A DNA stretch of 64,000 nucleotides from Candidatus Hydrogenedentota bacterium (GCA_045863335.1 BTVY01000018.1:1-64000); one strand, 5' to 3'; positions 46,787-56,282 are shown, numbered from the stretch's first letter. Program-made: numbers and translations. The notes: generated by a model not told the origin, from the sequence alone.

Positions 46787-47953
46787 CTATTCGGCCGCTT
46801 CGGCGTTTTCTTGTGCGGTGTAGGGAACCGGATTGACGGTGATGCCCGGCTGCACTTTCACCAAACCTTCAACGACGACGCGGTCGCCCGCTGTAAGTCC
46901 ATTGAACACGATCCAATCATCCGCGGCCCAGGGGCCAGGCTCGATGATTTGAAATTGGGCCGTGTTGCTGTCGTCCACGCGGTACACATAGGACCCTTGC
47001 GGCGACTGGCTGACGGCCCGCTGGGGAACAGTCAACGTGTCGGGCCGTACATAGCCGCGAATGTGGACTTTGACGAACTGGCCCGCCTTGAGGTGTTTAT
47101 CCGCATTGGGCAGGGTTGCCCGCAACTCAACCGTGCCAGTTTTGTCGATTGCCGCGGACTCGAAATCGATGACGCCTTTTTCCGGATACACGGAACCGTC
47201 CAGGAGCGTCACTTCCAGGTACGGCGCATCGATGCCTTCGGCGAGCACGATTTCGTTGTCCCGGACTTCCCGTTCGTAGCGGAGATATTCGCGCTCACTC
47301 ACTTGAAAACTGACGTAGATGGGATCGACCTGTCGCATGACGGTGAGCAAGCTGTTCGCGCTCGCATCCACCAGGCTGCCGATTTCCTTCTCGGCCTTCC
47401 CAATGAAACCGGTCAACGGCGCTTCCACCGTGGTGTAGCTGAGTTCGAGTTCCGCTTTGGCCAATTGCGCTTTTGCGAGCCGAAGGGATGCGGCCGCGTC
47501 CGCCTGCTCGGCCAGAGCCTGATCGAGGTCGGTTTCCGCAATCGCGCCCGGAACCTTTACCGAACGAAGTCGTTCGACTTCCTGCCCGGCCAGGTTCAGT
47601 CGCGTCTCGGCCTGCTCGACCCGGGCCACCGCTATTTGCTGGTCCGCCTGAAACGAACGCGGATCGATGGTAAAAAGCTTCGCGCCCTGTTCGATGTAGG
47701 CGCCCTCATCAAAGTCCCGGGTTTCGAGGAACCCTTGGATGCGCGCGCGCACTTCAACGAGCTTGGAAGCTTCCGTAACGCCTACGAATTCGTAGGCCAC
47801 AGGCACGGTCTCGGGTTGCACGGTCACAACGGCAACTTCCGGGGGCGGGGGCGGCCCGCTTCCGGGTCCTTGAGCCAGGCTCATGGATGTAACGCTCGCG
47901 CCCAGAATCAGAGCGAGTCCTATGGCAAATCGAAGTGGTCTCATGGATCTCAT
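46787..47953 (-). CDS. RND efflux periplasmic adaptor (AcrA-like membrane fusion protein)
   Basis: VEVRARIQG, G..LF.ID, YT.V.AP..G.IG, TGT..RA, VPQRAV, GL..GD.VVVEG. Confidence 0.93.
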   Translation of the reverse strand: MRSMRPLRFAIGLALILGASVTSMSLAQGPGSGPPPPPEVAVVTVQPETVPVAYEFVGVTEASKLVEVRARIQGFLETRDFDEGAYIEQGAKLFTIDPRSFQADQQIAVARVEQAETRLNLAGQEVERLRSVKVPGAIAETDLDQALAEQADAAASLRLAKAQLAKAELELSYTTVEAPLTGFIGKAEKEIGSLVDASANSLLTVMRQVDPIYVSFQVSEREYLRYEREVRDNEIVLAEGIDAPYLEVTLLDGSVYPEKGVIDFESAAIDKTGTVELRATLPNADKHLKAGQFVKVHIRGYVRPDTLTVPQRAVSQSPQGSYVYRVDDSNTAQFQIIEPGPWAADDWIVFNGLTAGDRVVVEGLVKVQPGITVNPVPYTAQENAEAAE

Positions 47954-48145
47954 TCCTGCGGTTGGAACCTTAGCGGATTAGGCACACACGGGGACGTGTG
48001 GCCGGTAGCAGTACTTCTTCATGTTTACGATCTTGATCGGGCCTGGATTGCGACGATGGGGAGCCGCTTACGTTACCAATGCCTATATCCAGTCGCAGGA
48101 TGCGCATCTTTTAGTGTCCTGCTTGATACAGACGTCACTCGCTGG

Positions 48146-48700
48146 CTATATCGCCGCCGTGGATACCTCCTCAGCCAGTTCCATTAATTCGTCGACCAGC
48201 GCCTTACGCTGGTTTGCATCAAAAGGCGATGCCTGTAGGAGTTCCAACAGAAACAACCCGTCAGCCGCCAGTAGCACGAGCGCCTTGCGCAACGCCGAAC
48301 CGCCGTCTTTCTCGTGGGCCGCGAAACGCTTTTGATGATGTTCCCGTATGCTCTTAATCAGGGACGGCTCATTAGCAACGGCCGCCAACAACGCCGCCCC
48401 GACGCGGCGGTCAGACGCCGGCCGCACCAGCCGCGCGACGATGTCCGCTTGCAGCGCGCGCGCCGGCCCCTCGGGAAGGTCCGCCTGTGATTCCACGCGC
48501 CGCGCGTCGCCCCGCTCGATGAGGCGGGCAATCATCGCCTCCACAAGGGCGTCCTTGGTCGGGAAGTGGTACAGAAGCCCGCCCTTGCTGACACCGGCCT
48601 TCTCGGCAACGGCATCCAAGGTGAGGCGGGACGGACCCCCTTCGACCACCACCGCTTCGGCGGAGTCTAGGACGAGGTCTTTGCAACTTGGACGTGCCAT
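48146..48700 (-). CDS. TetR/AcrR family transcriptional regulator
   Basis: LTLDAVAEKAGVSKGGLLYHFPTKDAL; ATG 48700. Confidence 0.93.
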   Translation of the reverse strand: MARPSCKDLVLDSAEAVVVEGGPSRLTLDAVAEKAGVSKGGLLYHFPTKDALVEAMIARLIERGDARRVESQADLPEGPARALQADIVARLVRPASDRRVGAALLAAVANEPSLIKSIREHHQKRFAAHEKDGGSALRKALVLLAADGLFLLELLQASPFDANQRKALVDELMELAEEVSTAAI

Positions 48701-48719
48701 ATGGATTGAGTGGTTTCCA

Positions 48720-48771
48720 GTTACTATACCGTCTAGACGGTATAGTAACGCGAGCAAGACATTCGTGTCAA
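48720..48771 (-). promoter_or_regulatory. Sigma-70 promoter overlapped by a perfect 30-bp palindromic TetR operator
   Basis: TTGACA (48771-48766), N18, TACTAT (48747-48742); palindrome GTTACTATACCGTCTAGACGGTATAGTAAC at 48720-48749. Confidence 0.8.
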
Positions 48772-48806
48772 GCGGTGTACGAAGGGATTTCAATACGAAT
48801 GATGTC

Positions 48807-49826
48807 TTAGGTCGGAAACCAGCCTTCGAGGAACTCTGCCAGGGTGCCGTCGTACTCGGCTTCAGCGAGGAACTCGGTGCCGTGCTGGTTGCCCCAGGAG
48901 TAGTTAATGATGAGCTTGCCGTTGTGCTCGCAGAAGTCGATATCGGAGTTGTTGATGTTGGTGGCGTTGGCGATGATTCCCCGTTGCTCGGGGCTTAGCT
49001 TGTCGTTGGCGATTTGCTTGTCTGCGTCGGAGGCTTTCAGCACCGGATTGAGGGGACTTAGTTCCCAGTCAATCAGGTCTTTGGACCGCACCAGGTACTG
49101 TTCGTATCCGCCATTCACCGCTTCCAGGAAGAAGTTGTAGTAGTGCCCGTTGTGGTGGCGCAAGGCGTGGGGCGCGGTGTAGCGGTCCTTTGAGTAGGTA
49201 CACTCGGGCGGCATGAGGTCCCATTGGCGCAGGTCGCTGGACCGTGCGAAGAGGGCCGTGAAGCGCGTTCCCGCGACTTCGGGCGGTTTGCCCACTTCGT
49301 ACATGAGCATGTAGCCGTCATGGATGGTGCAGAGCGAGGTGTTGAAGATTCCGTACCCCGGCAGGTTGAGGACGTTCCAGGTTTCCCAATGCTCCATGTC
49401 GTGGGAAACGAAGATGTCGATGCGTTCGCCGTCCCAGATATTGGTGCCCATCACGAAGATCGTCCCGCCCTCGACCATGGCGCATCCCAGGTGGTATCCC
49501 TTCGCGAAGGGAGCGCTTGCCTCCCCGGTTTCGCGATCGATGAACCGAAAGTAGGAGTCGCCGGTTGTATTTCCCCAATACCCCTGCCGGACGTATTCAA
49601 AGCGATAGACCCGATTCTTGAATACGACGGGTGTGGTTTCAACCAGATCCGGATCGATGGTGCCGAGTTTCCTGATCGCCGGTTTTGCCGGGGTCGGCTG
49701 GCCGTTCGCCGAACTCAGCGCGACGCCGCCCACCGCCAACGCCGATGCTGCCAAAAACTGCCTGCGGGGCAGTTTCAGCCCGCGCCCGTGTCTGCGATTA
49801 TCCATCACGAGTCCCTCCAAACCCAT
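48807..49826 (-). CDS. Tat-exported five-bladed beta-propeller glycoside hydrolase-like protein
   Basis: PRRQFLA Tat motif; repeated S.DL..W blades, SPLNPVL, NNSDID, YSWGNQ.G; start uncertain. Confidence 0.7.
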   Translation of the reverse strand: MGLEGLVMDNRRHGRGLKLPRRQFLAASALAVGGVALSSANGQPTPAKPAIRKLGTIDPDLVETTPVVFKNRVYRFEYVRQGYWGNTTGDSYFRFIDRETGEASAPFAKGYHLGCAMVEGGTIFVMGTNIWDGERIDIFVSHDMEHWETWNVLNLPGYGIFNTSLCTIHDGYMLMYEVGKPPEVAGTRFTALFARSSDLRQWDLMPPECTYSKDRYTAPHALRHHNGHYYNFFLEAVNGGYEQYLVRSKDLIDWELSPLNPVLKASDADKQIANDKLSPEQRGIIANATNINNSDIDFCEHNGKLIINYSWGNQHGTEFLAEAEYDGTLAEFLEGWFPT

Positions 49827-49902
49827 TGCGTTTCCTAACTATAGGGGATAGTCGGGCCAATGCGCCAACCCGGAAAACCGCGGCCGTGTCAACCGACCAA
49901 CA

Positions 49903-49966
49903 TACTAATTCGTTAGTAGGTATTGACAGGGCAACTCGGACGCGCTATGCTACTAAATAATTAGTA
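49903..49966 (+). promoter_or_regulatory. Sigma-70 promoter flanked by two BlaI-type operators
   Basis: TTGACA 49923-49928, N17, TATGCT 49946-49951; TACTAA-N4-TTAGTA palindromes at 49903-49918 and 49951-49966. Confidence 0.8.
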
Positions 49967-49994
49967 AGTACTCCGGCTTTAGGAGGACCAGACC

Positions 49995-50384
49995 ATGCCT
50001 CGCGTTCCCTCGCGATTCCCCACAGACCTGGAATTGGCCATCTTGAAAATCCTCTGGCAGCGGGGTCCCTCCACCGTCCGGCAGGTTCGCGATGAGCTTG
50101 CCGATGAACGCGATCTCGCGTACACCTCGGTCATGACGATCATGACCATCATGGCGGACAAGGGCTACGTCCGGCGGCGCAAGGCAAAGGGGAGCTACGT
50201 GTACCGGCCCGTACTCGAACAGCAGTCCGCGGCGCGCGCGATGCTCTCCGATGTGGTGAACCGGGTGTTCGATGGGTCCGCAGCCGCCGCGGCGGTCCAC
50301 CTGCTCGAATCGGCGGAGATCGATCCTGCCGAACTCCACGAACTCCAGCGGCTGCTTGCCAGCAAAAGGGGGAGCGAATCATGA
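49995..50384 (+). CDS. BlaI/MecI/CopY family repressor
   Basis: PTDLELAILKILW..GP.TVR, LAYTSVMT.M..M..KG.V.R, VFDGS. Confidence 0.93.
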   Translation: MPRVPSRFPTDLELAILKILWQRGPSTVRQVRDELADERDLAYTSVMTIMTIMADKGYVRRRKAKGSYVYRPVLEQQSAARAMLSDVVNRVFDGSAAAAAVHLLESAEIDPAELHELQRLLASKRGSES

Positions 50385-53300
50385 ATCCCATCGTTGCACT
50401 CAATCCCGAATTCAGCGCGCGCTTCGTGATGACCCTCGCCCATTTTCTGTGGCAGGGAGCGGCCATCGGAATCTTCGCGATCGCATTGGGCGCTGTGCTC
50501 CGCCGCGCCTCGGCACGGCTGCGCTACGGGATCTTTCTGATCGCCTTGTCGGGCATGGCGCTGTGTCCGCCGGTGACGTTTCTGATGATTGAGTCCGGCG
50601 CGATGCCCACGCCAAACCCGGAGCTAGCCATGGGGCCTATCGATTTGGGGATGGGCGCTGCGGATCATGAGGGCTATAGGACCTATAGGACCGATGGGAA
50701 GGATCGGACGGATCGGTCGGATCCGTCGGATCAGTCGGATCGGTCCGATGCGGCTATGGCTGCGAGCATCGAAGCAGACACCAACTTTGAAGCTACTGCG
50801 CCGCAGGCGAACCCGGAACCAGCCAATCTCGAATTTGCGACCGCGCCTCCCACCGCCGCGAACTGGCGCGACTACACGCCGTACTTGATCCTGGCGTACC
50901 TTGCCGGCGTGGTGGTCATGCTGGCGCGGCTGGGCTTGGGGCTCGCGGGTGGGGGAAGCCTTCGCAAACGCGCGGAGCGGATCTCGGACAACGCGATCCT
51001 CGAAGCCGTGCGGCGTCATGCGCAATTGCTCAAGCTGCGCGCGGTCCCGGTCGTAGCCTATTGCCACCGCGTCGCTGTGCCGACGGTGGTGGGGGTCATC
51101 CGGCCGATGATTCTGCTGCCTGCTTCGCTGGCGACGGGCATGCCTCCGTTGCAGGTCGAACTCCTGCTGCTCCACGAACTCGCCCATATCCGGCGTTACG
51201 ATCACGCGGTCAATATTCTCCAACGAGTTATCGAAGCCGCACTCTTCTTCCACCCCGCCGTGTGGTATGTGTCGCATCGCATTCGCGTCGAACGCGAACA
51301 CTGCTGCGACGACCTCGTGATCGCGCTCGGCGGCGAACGGCATGCCTATGCGGAATCTCTCATCGGTGCCGCCGCGCTGGCCTCGGGCATGCGCCTCTCC
51401 CCCGCCGCCCTCGCGGCAACGGGCAAACCGTCGCAGTTGCGCAAGCGCATCCATCGGCTCCTCGAGGAGCCGGCGCCACCGGTCCGGCTCGTCCGCGGCG
51501 GGTGGGTGTTGACTGCGTTGGCGATCGTTGCGCTGGTCGCGGGAGCCACGCAATTCTCAGGTCCAACGAGTGAGACTCCGGTAATCGAGAACCTAATCAA
51601 AGCAAGGGCAACCGAAGACTTGGCGATCGTTCCTGAACCCGTCGAGACGCTTCAGGTGGCCGAAGCCCCCAAGTCCGAATCAGAGGACGCTTCAGAGCCT
51701 GATGTCGCGCAAAGCGATCCTCCGAGCAGTGCCCCGTTAAGCGAGCAAGAGAGCAACGCCAAAGCGATGGATCTCTATGTCCAGACCCAAGATCCGGATT
51801 GGTGGTTGCGTAAAGTCGCGGTGCAGCAGTTAGGAGAACTGCCACATTCCACCGGGATCGTGCAAAGTCTCATCGGCATGCTCAAAGACGAGGACGCGCG
51901 GGTTCAGGCGGCGGCCGCGGAAGCGCTCGCGAAGCAGGGCGACCCGCAAGCCGTCAAGCACCTGGTCGCGGCGTTGAAAGAGGAATCTGAAGTCCGCGAC
52001 GCGGCTGCGGAAGCGCTCACACATTTCAAGCACGAGGACGTCATGCCCCTGCTGACCCTCGCGGCGCGGGACGAAGACATGACCGTGCGCCTGGGTGCTA
52101 TCCTCGGACTCGGCAAGCAGAACACGGCGGAGGCTGCGGAAATACTCGTGGGTCTTCTGCCCGAATTCTACGACGAAGACCCGTCCCGGCGCGGCCCGAT
52201 GCCTCCACGGCCGCCGGTCCGTTCCCGCAGCAATCGTCTCCCCGTGAATCCGGCCGAACTTCGGCCCACTGGCGCGGCCGTGGCCGAGGCGCTTTCCGCG
52301 ATGGACCCGGCGATCGCCCGGCCCGCATTGCTGGAAGCCGCCACGAGCTCGGATTGGCGAACGCTGATGCAGACTGCGCTGGTGATTGGCGCATCGGATA
52401 TGCGAGACGAGTCTGACCTGCAGAACGCGCTGCTGGGCATGTTGAAACACGAGCGTAAGGACGTGCGCGCAGCGGCTGCTCAGGTGTTGTCCGAGGCCGT
52501 GAAGGCCCGCGTTGCCGCAGGCGAATCCGCGTCTCCGGAAGTGCTCGCCGCCCTGGAACCCTTGTTGCGCGACCCGAATCGGGCGATCACCTGGATCGCG
52601 GCGGACGCGTTGCGCGGCAGTGGCTGGCAACCGTCCTCGACGGAGGAACGGGCGTGGTTCCTCGTTGCGATCGGACAAGGACAAGAAGCTTCGTCCCTCG
52701 GTTCCGTCGCCCTGGAGCCTTTCTTGCACGCCCTCAACGCGGACTCCTCCCCGGCCTTCGACCAACAAGGCAAGGAGACCAACCCGCCGCGCGATATCGT
52801 GCAGTGGTTGTCCGAACTCGACGACCCGGGCAAAGTCGAGCCCTTGATCTCCGTGCTGACCCGTTTTGGAGATAACACAACGATGGAGGTCGCATCGGTC
52901 CTGGGAACAACCGGCGATCCTCGAGCCTTCGAACCGCTCGCCGGGCTTCTCGGTCATCTCAATGCCGATGTCCAGGGTAGCGCCCTGTGGGCACTCGGTA
53001 AACTGAACGATCCGCGCGCCGTTGAACCTCTCATCGCGATGCTCGACCACCCCAATGAAAACGTTCGCGAACAAGCGATAAAGGCGTTGGGAGAAATCGG
53101 CGACCCCCGCGCCGCCGACGCCGTTCGGCCCCTTTTGGAGAATGAAGATGGCCTGGTTGTGGAAGCGGCGAAAGCTCTGGGCGCATTTAAAGACGCGAAG
53201 AGCGCGCCGCGTATCGCGGAGCTGTACCGGGAAACAAATCCCGACTCGGGGAACAACGACACGTACGTAAACGCGCTGGTGTCGATCGACGGGAATCTCG

Positions 53301-54427
53301 CGGAACAGACGTTCATGGAGATACTGAAGGGAAACCCAAGCGAGAACAAGCGCTGGCAATCGGCAAAGGCGCTCGGAGAATTAAGGAGTACGGAGGCCAT
53401 CCCGCTATTGCGCGAAGCGATCCTCTTCGACACGAACGATAAGGCAAAAAGAGCGGCCATTGGGGCACTGGGTAATATCGGCGGAGATGAAGCGGCACGC
53501 GCGTTGACAACGCTGCAGGAAATGCAGGACTGGCGGACGAGAAACCTTTACCTTGAATATGCAGATGATATCGCCACGGCCTTCAGCGCCATGGACGATC
53601 AAATATCGTCCGACCCGCTTGCAAGGTTATACCGGGACTGTGAAAAAGAACAGTATCGGCTCCCTGCGCGTTTGACTGCCGCCACGACCCTGGCCAAACG
53701 AGGCGACCCTCGCGGGAAGACCATGCTGCAAGAGCTGCAGAACATCCCCGAGACGCGCATCGCGGCGACTAATGCGCTGCAGGAGATGGCGCAGCAATCC
53801 GGGCCGGAAGCGGATACCGCCACGCCCGCCGGTGCAGCGGATCGGACGGATCAGACCGATCGGACGGATCAGTCGGATCAGTCCACTTCGGAGACCCAGC
53901 CGACCACCCAACTTCTTGGTCCGCGGCTTCAGTTCCGCTGGGTCGTGGAAGGAGAAGATGCCGTAGGCAAGACCGTCCTCCCCGCGCCGACGGAAGAGGA
54001 ACCGGACCGTACCCTCGTCGTGGGCGATGATGTGGTGTTCTACGAACGGGACGTTCAGTCGGCCATCACGAAGAAGGATCCGAATGGCGACGCATATGCC
54101 GTGTTCTTCGTCACCACCGAAGACGGCGAGAAGCGGTTATGGAACGCAACGGAGCAGAACCAGGGGAAACGGCTGGCCATCATTTTTGATGGCCGAGTCC
54201 TGAGCGCCCCGGTCGTGCAGTCGGCGATCGGGAAGTCCGGACAAATTACCGGCGACCTGACCGAGGAAGAGGCCGAAGTTATCGCGGGTGCGATCAATGA
54301 CGCGCTTGGTGATGATGAAGGCGAGTCGATGCCGAAGCCGATCCTCTACGACAAGCTTCAGCCGCGAGAAGCGGAGCCTCTTAACGTCCGGGAACGAATC
54401 GCGCCGGAGGTTGTCGAACCACGGTAA
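50381..54427 (+). CDS. BlaR1-like M56 peptidase fused to HEAT repeats and a SecD/SecF P1-head-like domain
   Basis: HFLWQG, HELAHIRRYD, FFHPAVW, EREHCCD; many A..ALG..GDPRA..PL HEAT repeats; C-terminal GKRLAIIFDG.VLSAP.V...I...GQITG. Confidence 0.88.
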   Translation: MNPIVALNPEFSARFVMTLAHFLWQGAAIGIFAIALGAVLRRASARLRYGIFLIALSGMALCPPVTFLMIESGAMPTPNPELAMGPIDLGMGAADHEGYRTYRTDGKDRTDRSDPSDQSDRSDAAMAASIEADTNFEATAPQANPEPANLEFATAPPTAANWRDYTPYLILAYLAGVVVMLARLGLGLAGGGSLRKRAERISDNAILEAVRRHAQLLKLRAVPVVAYCHRVAVPTVVGVIRPMILLPASLATGMPPLQVELLLLHELAHIRRYDHAVNILQRVIEAALFFHPAVWYVSHRIRVEREHCCDDLVIALGGERHAYAESLIGAAALASGMRLSPAALAATGKPSQLRKRIHRLLEEPAPPVRLVRGGWVLTALAIVALVAGATQFSGPTSETPVIENLIKARATEDLAIVPEPVETLQVAEAPKSESEDASEPDVAQSDPPSSAPLSEQESNAKAMDLYVQTQDPDWWLRKVAVQQLGELPHSTGIVQSLIGMLKDEDARVQAAAAEALAKQGDPQAVKHLVAALKEESEVRDAAAEALTHFKHEDVMPLLTLAARDEDMTVRLGAILGLGKQNTAEAAEILVGLLPEFYDEDPSRRGPMPPRPPVRSRSNRLPVNPAELRPTGAAVAEALSAMDPAIARPALLEAATSSDWRTLMQTALVIGASDMRDESDLQNALLGMLKHERKDVRAAAAQVLSEAVKARVAAGESASPEVLAALEPLLRDPNRAITWIAADALRGSGWQPSSTEERAWFLVAIGQGQEASSLGSVALEPFLHALNADSSPAFDQQGKETNPPRDIVQWLSELDDPGKVEPLISVLTRFGDNTTMEVASVLGTTGDPRAFEPLAGLLGHLNADVQGSALWALGKLNDPRAVEPLIAMLDHPNENVREQAIKALGEIGDPRAADAVRPLLENEDGLVVEAAKALGAFKDAKSAPRIAELYRETNPDSGNNDTYVNALVSIDGNLAEQTFMEILKGNPSENKRWQSAKALGELRSTEAIPLLREAILFDTNDKAKRAAIGALGNIGGDEAARALTTLQEMQDWRTRNLYLEYADDIATAFSAMDDQISSDPLARLYRDCEKEQYRLPARLTAATTLAKRGDPRGKTMLQELQNIPETRIAATNALQEMAQQSGPEADTATPAGAADRTDQTDRTDQSDQSTSETQPTTQLLGPRLQFRWVVEGEDAVGKTVLPAPTEEEPDRTLVVGDDVVFYERDVQSAITKKDPNGDAYAVFFVTTEDGEKRLWNATEQNQGKRLAIIFDGRVLSAPVVQSAIGKSGQITGDLTEEEAEVIAGAINDALGDDEGESMPKPILYDKLQPREAEPLNVRERIAPEVVEPR
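50674..50745 (+). repeat. In-frame 9-mer tandem repeat (8 units) in the M56 gene
   Basis: ctataggac x2, cgatgggaa, ggatcggac, ggatcggtc, ggatccgtc, ggatcagtc, ggatcggtc; encodes YRTYRTDGKDRTDRSDPSDQSDRS. Confidence 0.8.
53839..53883 (+). repeat. In-frame 9-mer tandem repeat (5 units) in the M56 gene
   Basis: ggatcggac ggatcagac cgatcggac ggatcagtc ggatcagtc; encodes DRTDQTDRTDQSDQS. Confidence 0.8.
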
Positions 54428-54479
54428 CACGAGGCGAAAGAGCATTCCCTTGCGGACCGCACTCCATGCGGTTCTCCCC

Positions 54480-54583
54480 ATCGGGATCGGTATCGCTATC
54501 GGGATCGAAAAGAGAAGAGCGAATTACTGCCGAACTCGATACCGAACTCGATACCGATAGCGATACCGATAGCGATACCGATT
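54480..54583. repeat. Inverted pair of ATCGNN/CGATNN hexamer arrays
   Basis: About 5 ATCGGK/ATCGCT units at 54480-54507 face about 9 CGATAC/CGATAG/CGAACT units at 54531-54583. Confidence 0.8.
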
Positions 54584-54606
54584 CCAATGCGGCGCAGTCG
54601 GGGGAA

Positions 54607-55080
54607 CTAGCAGAAGTCCCGGCTGCGGCGACGGATGGATCGGAAGAACTCGGTCAGAATGGCGCCGCACTCTTCGGCGAGGAGTCCGGGGTAAACCTTG
54701 GGCTGGTGGTTGAAGCGGGGGTCTTCGAGCAGGTTCATGAGCGAGCCGACGGTCCCCGCTTTCGGATCGTAGGCCCCGAAGTACACCTCCGGCACCCGCG
54801 CGAGAATGATCGCGCCCGAACACATGGGGCAGGGCTCGAGCGTCACGTACAGCTTCGTCTCTTCCAAACGCCAGCTTCCCAGCTTGTTGGCCGCCTGCGT
54901 GATGGCCAGGATCTCCGCGTGGGCCGTCGGGTCCTGCAACATCTCCCGCTGGTTGTGGGCCTTCCCGATGATTTGTCCGTCATACACGATGACGCAGCCC
55001 ACCGGCACTTCTCCGGCTTCCTGCGCGTATTGCGCCTCGCGGATGGCATACTGCATGTAGCGAGCGTTGTCGTCAAGCAT
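54607..55080 (-). CDS. tadA: tRNA adenosine(34) deaminase
   Basis: GEVPVG, N.RE...DPTAHAEI, WRL, TLEPCPMC, FGA.DPK.G. Confidence 0.95.
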   Translation of the reverse strand: MLDDNARYMQYAIREAQYAQEAGEVPVGCVIVYDGQIIGKAHNQREMLQDPTAHAEILAITQAANKLGSWRLEETKLYVTLEPCPMCSGAIILARVPEVYFGAYDPKAGTVGSLMNLLEDPRFNHQPKVYPGLLAEECGAILTEFFRSIRRRSRDFC

Positions 55081-55114
55081 AGGCAGCGATTGTCGGGAAT
55101 GGAAGTAGGGAAGT

Positions 55115-55200
55115 CAAATGATGAATGATGAGTGATGAATGATGAACGCGGAAAGAAAATGCAATTGCCATCAATTTCACCACTCATCATTCATCATTTG
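55115..55200. repeat. ATGATGA heptamer array with a perfect 20-bp inverted repeat
   Basis: CAAATGATGAATGATGAGTG (55115-55134) and CACTCATCATTCATCATTTG (55181-55200). Confidence 0.75.
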
Positions 55201-55242
55201 CCCCTTCGTGCTACAATCAATACAGAAACTCTGGTACCCATC

Positions 55243-55683
55243 ATGAAAACCATCCTGACCGCCATTGATTTCTCCGGGGCGACGGACGCGGTAGTAAGCA
55301 CCGCCGCCGAACTGACGCGGGCCCTGGGCGGGGAACTCCACCTGCTGCACGTGGAAGCGCCGAACCCCGATTTCGTCGGTTACGAACCGGGACCGCAGAC
55401 GGTGCGCGACCAAGTGGCGAAGTCCATGGCGGAAGACCGAGACGACATCATCACGTTGCGCGACCGGTTGAAGGCCGGCGGCATCGTCGCCCACGCGCTG
55501 GTCGTGCAAGGTCCGACCGTGCGGAAGATCGTTGAAGAAGCCGAACGCCTGCCTGCGGACCTCGTCGTTATCGGCAGCCATGGCCACGGCGCGCTCTACG
55601 ATCTCGTGTTGGGAAGCGTCAGCGACGGCGTCGTGCGCAAGGCGCCGTGCCCGGTTCTGGTCGTTCCCAAGCCGCAGGGGTGA
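55243..55683 (+). CDS. Universal stress protein
   Basis: MKTILTAIDFS, LLHV, ADLVVIGSHG, LGSVS..VVRKAPCPVLVV. Confidence 0.93.
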   Translation: MKTILTAIDFSGATDAVVSTAAELTRALGGELHLLHVEAPNPDFVGYEPGPQTVRDQVAKSMAEDRDDIITLRDRLKAGGIVAHALVVQGPTVRKIVEEAERLPADLVVIGSHGHGALYDLVLGSVSDGVVRKAPCPVLVVPKPQG

Positions 55684-55743
55684 CTTCGCTGTTGCGTGTC
55701 CGTGTTCCCTGCGCGGCCCCGCTCATGATAGACTTTCCATGCC

Positions 55744-55998
55744 ATGGCCAAACTCACACTCGATTTGCACGACATCTACAACAAGAAATACTCCATCGAA
55801 ATGGAGTTGAACCGCATCATTCAGGAAGCGGTGGATAAGCGCATCGCGACCGTCGAAATCATCCCCGGGAAAGGCAGCGGCCAACTCAAGAAGACGGTGT
55901 TGCGGTTCCTGCAACGGCCCGACATCAAGCGCCTGTACCACCGCGTCGAGAAAGACAGCAAGAACTTTGGACGGTTATTCGTCCATTTTCGTCATTGA
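55744..55998 (+). CDS. Stand-alone Smr/MutS2 C-terminal domain protein
   Basis: LDLH, EIIPGKGSG.LK..V..FL, N.G...V; 84 aa. Confidence 0.88.
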   Translation: MAKLTLDLHDIYNKKYSIEMELNRIIQEAVDKRIATVEIIPGKGSGQLKKTVLRFLQRPDIKRLYHRVEKDSKNFGRLFVHFRH

Positions 55999-56067
55999 AA
56001 TGTCAGCGAAGAACCACATACTACCGTACGGGATCGGGTTTGCCACGAATTTCGGGCCAACGCGAAG

Positions 56068-56282
56068 AACATCCCCCTTGATCCCCCTTCAAAGGGGGAA
56101 TCGCTTTCCGTCATGCCTCTGCGGATGTGCGGTCTTAGTATCTACCCGAATTCATCGTGTGAGATTCCCGCAACGCGAAGCGTTGCGCCCCGTTTATCAC
56201 ATGCGTACCGCCCAATCCAGCGTATTGTTCATTCACCCGAGAAGAGCGATTCCCCCTTTGAAGGGGGATAAAGGGGGATGTT
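56068..56282. repeat. REP doublet (REPIN/MITE-like), copy 2
   Basis: 38-bp inverted repeats at 56068-56105 and 56245-56282 with 1 mismatch; same core as copy 1. Confidence 0.85.

Noticed and set aside
54466-55128. 220-aa ORF with an ELDTELDTDSDTDSDTDS tract
   Set aside because: It is a translation of the hexamer DNA repeat plus the antisense of tadA, not a credible protein.
55744-55998. Small stand-alone Smr nuclease as a novel defence gene
   Set aside because: A widespread known small-Smr family in a housekeeping context (usp, tadA), with no supporting partners.
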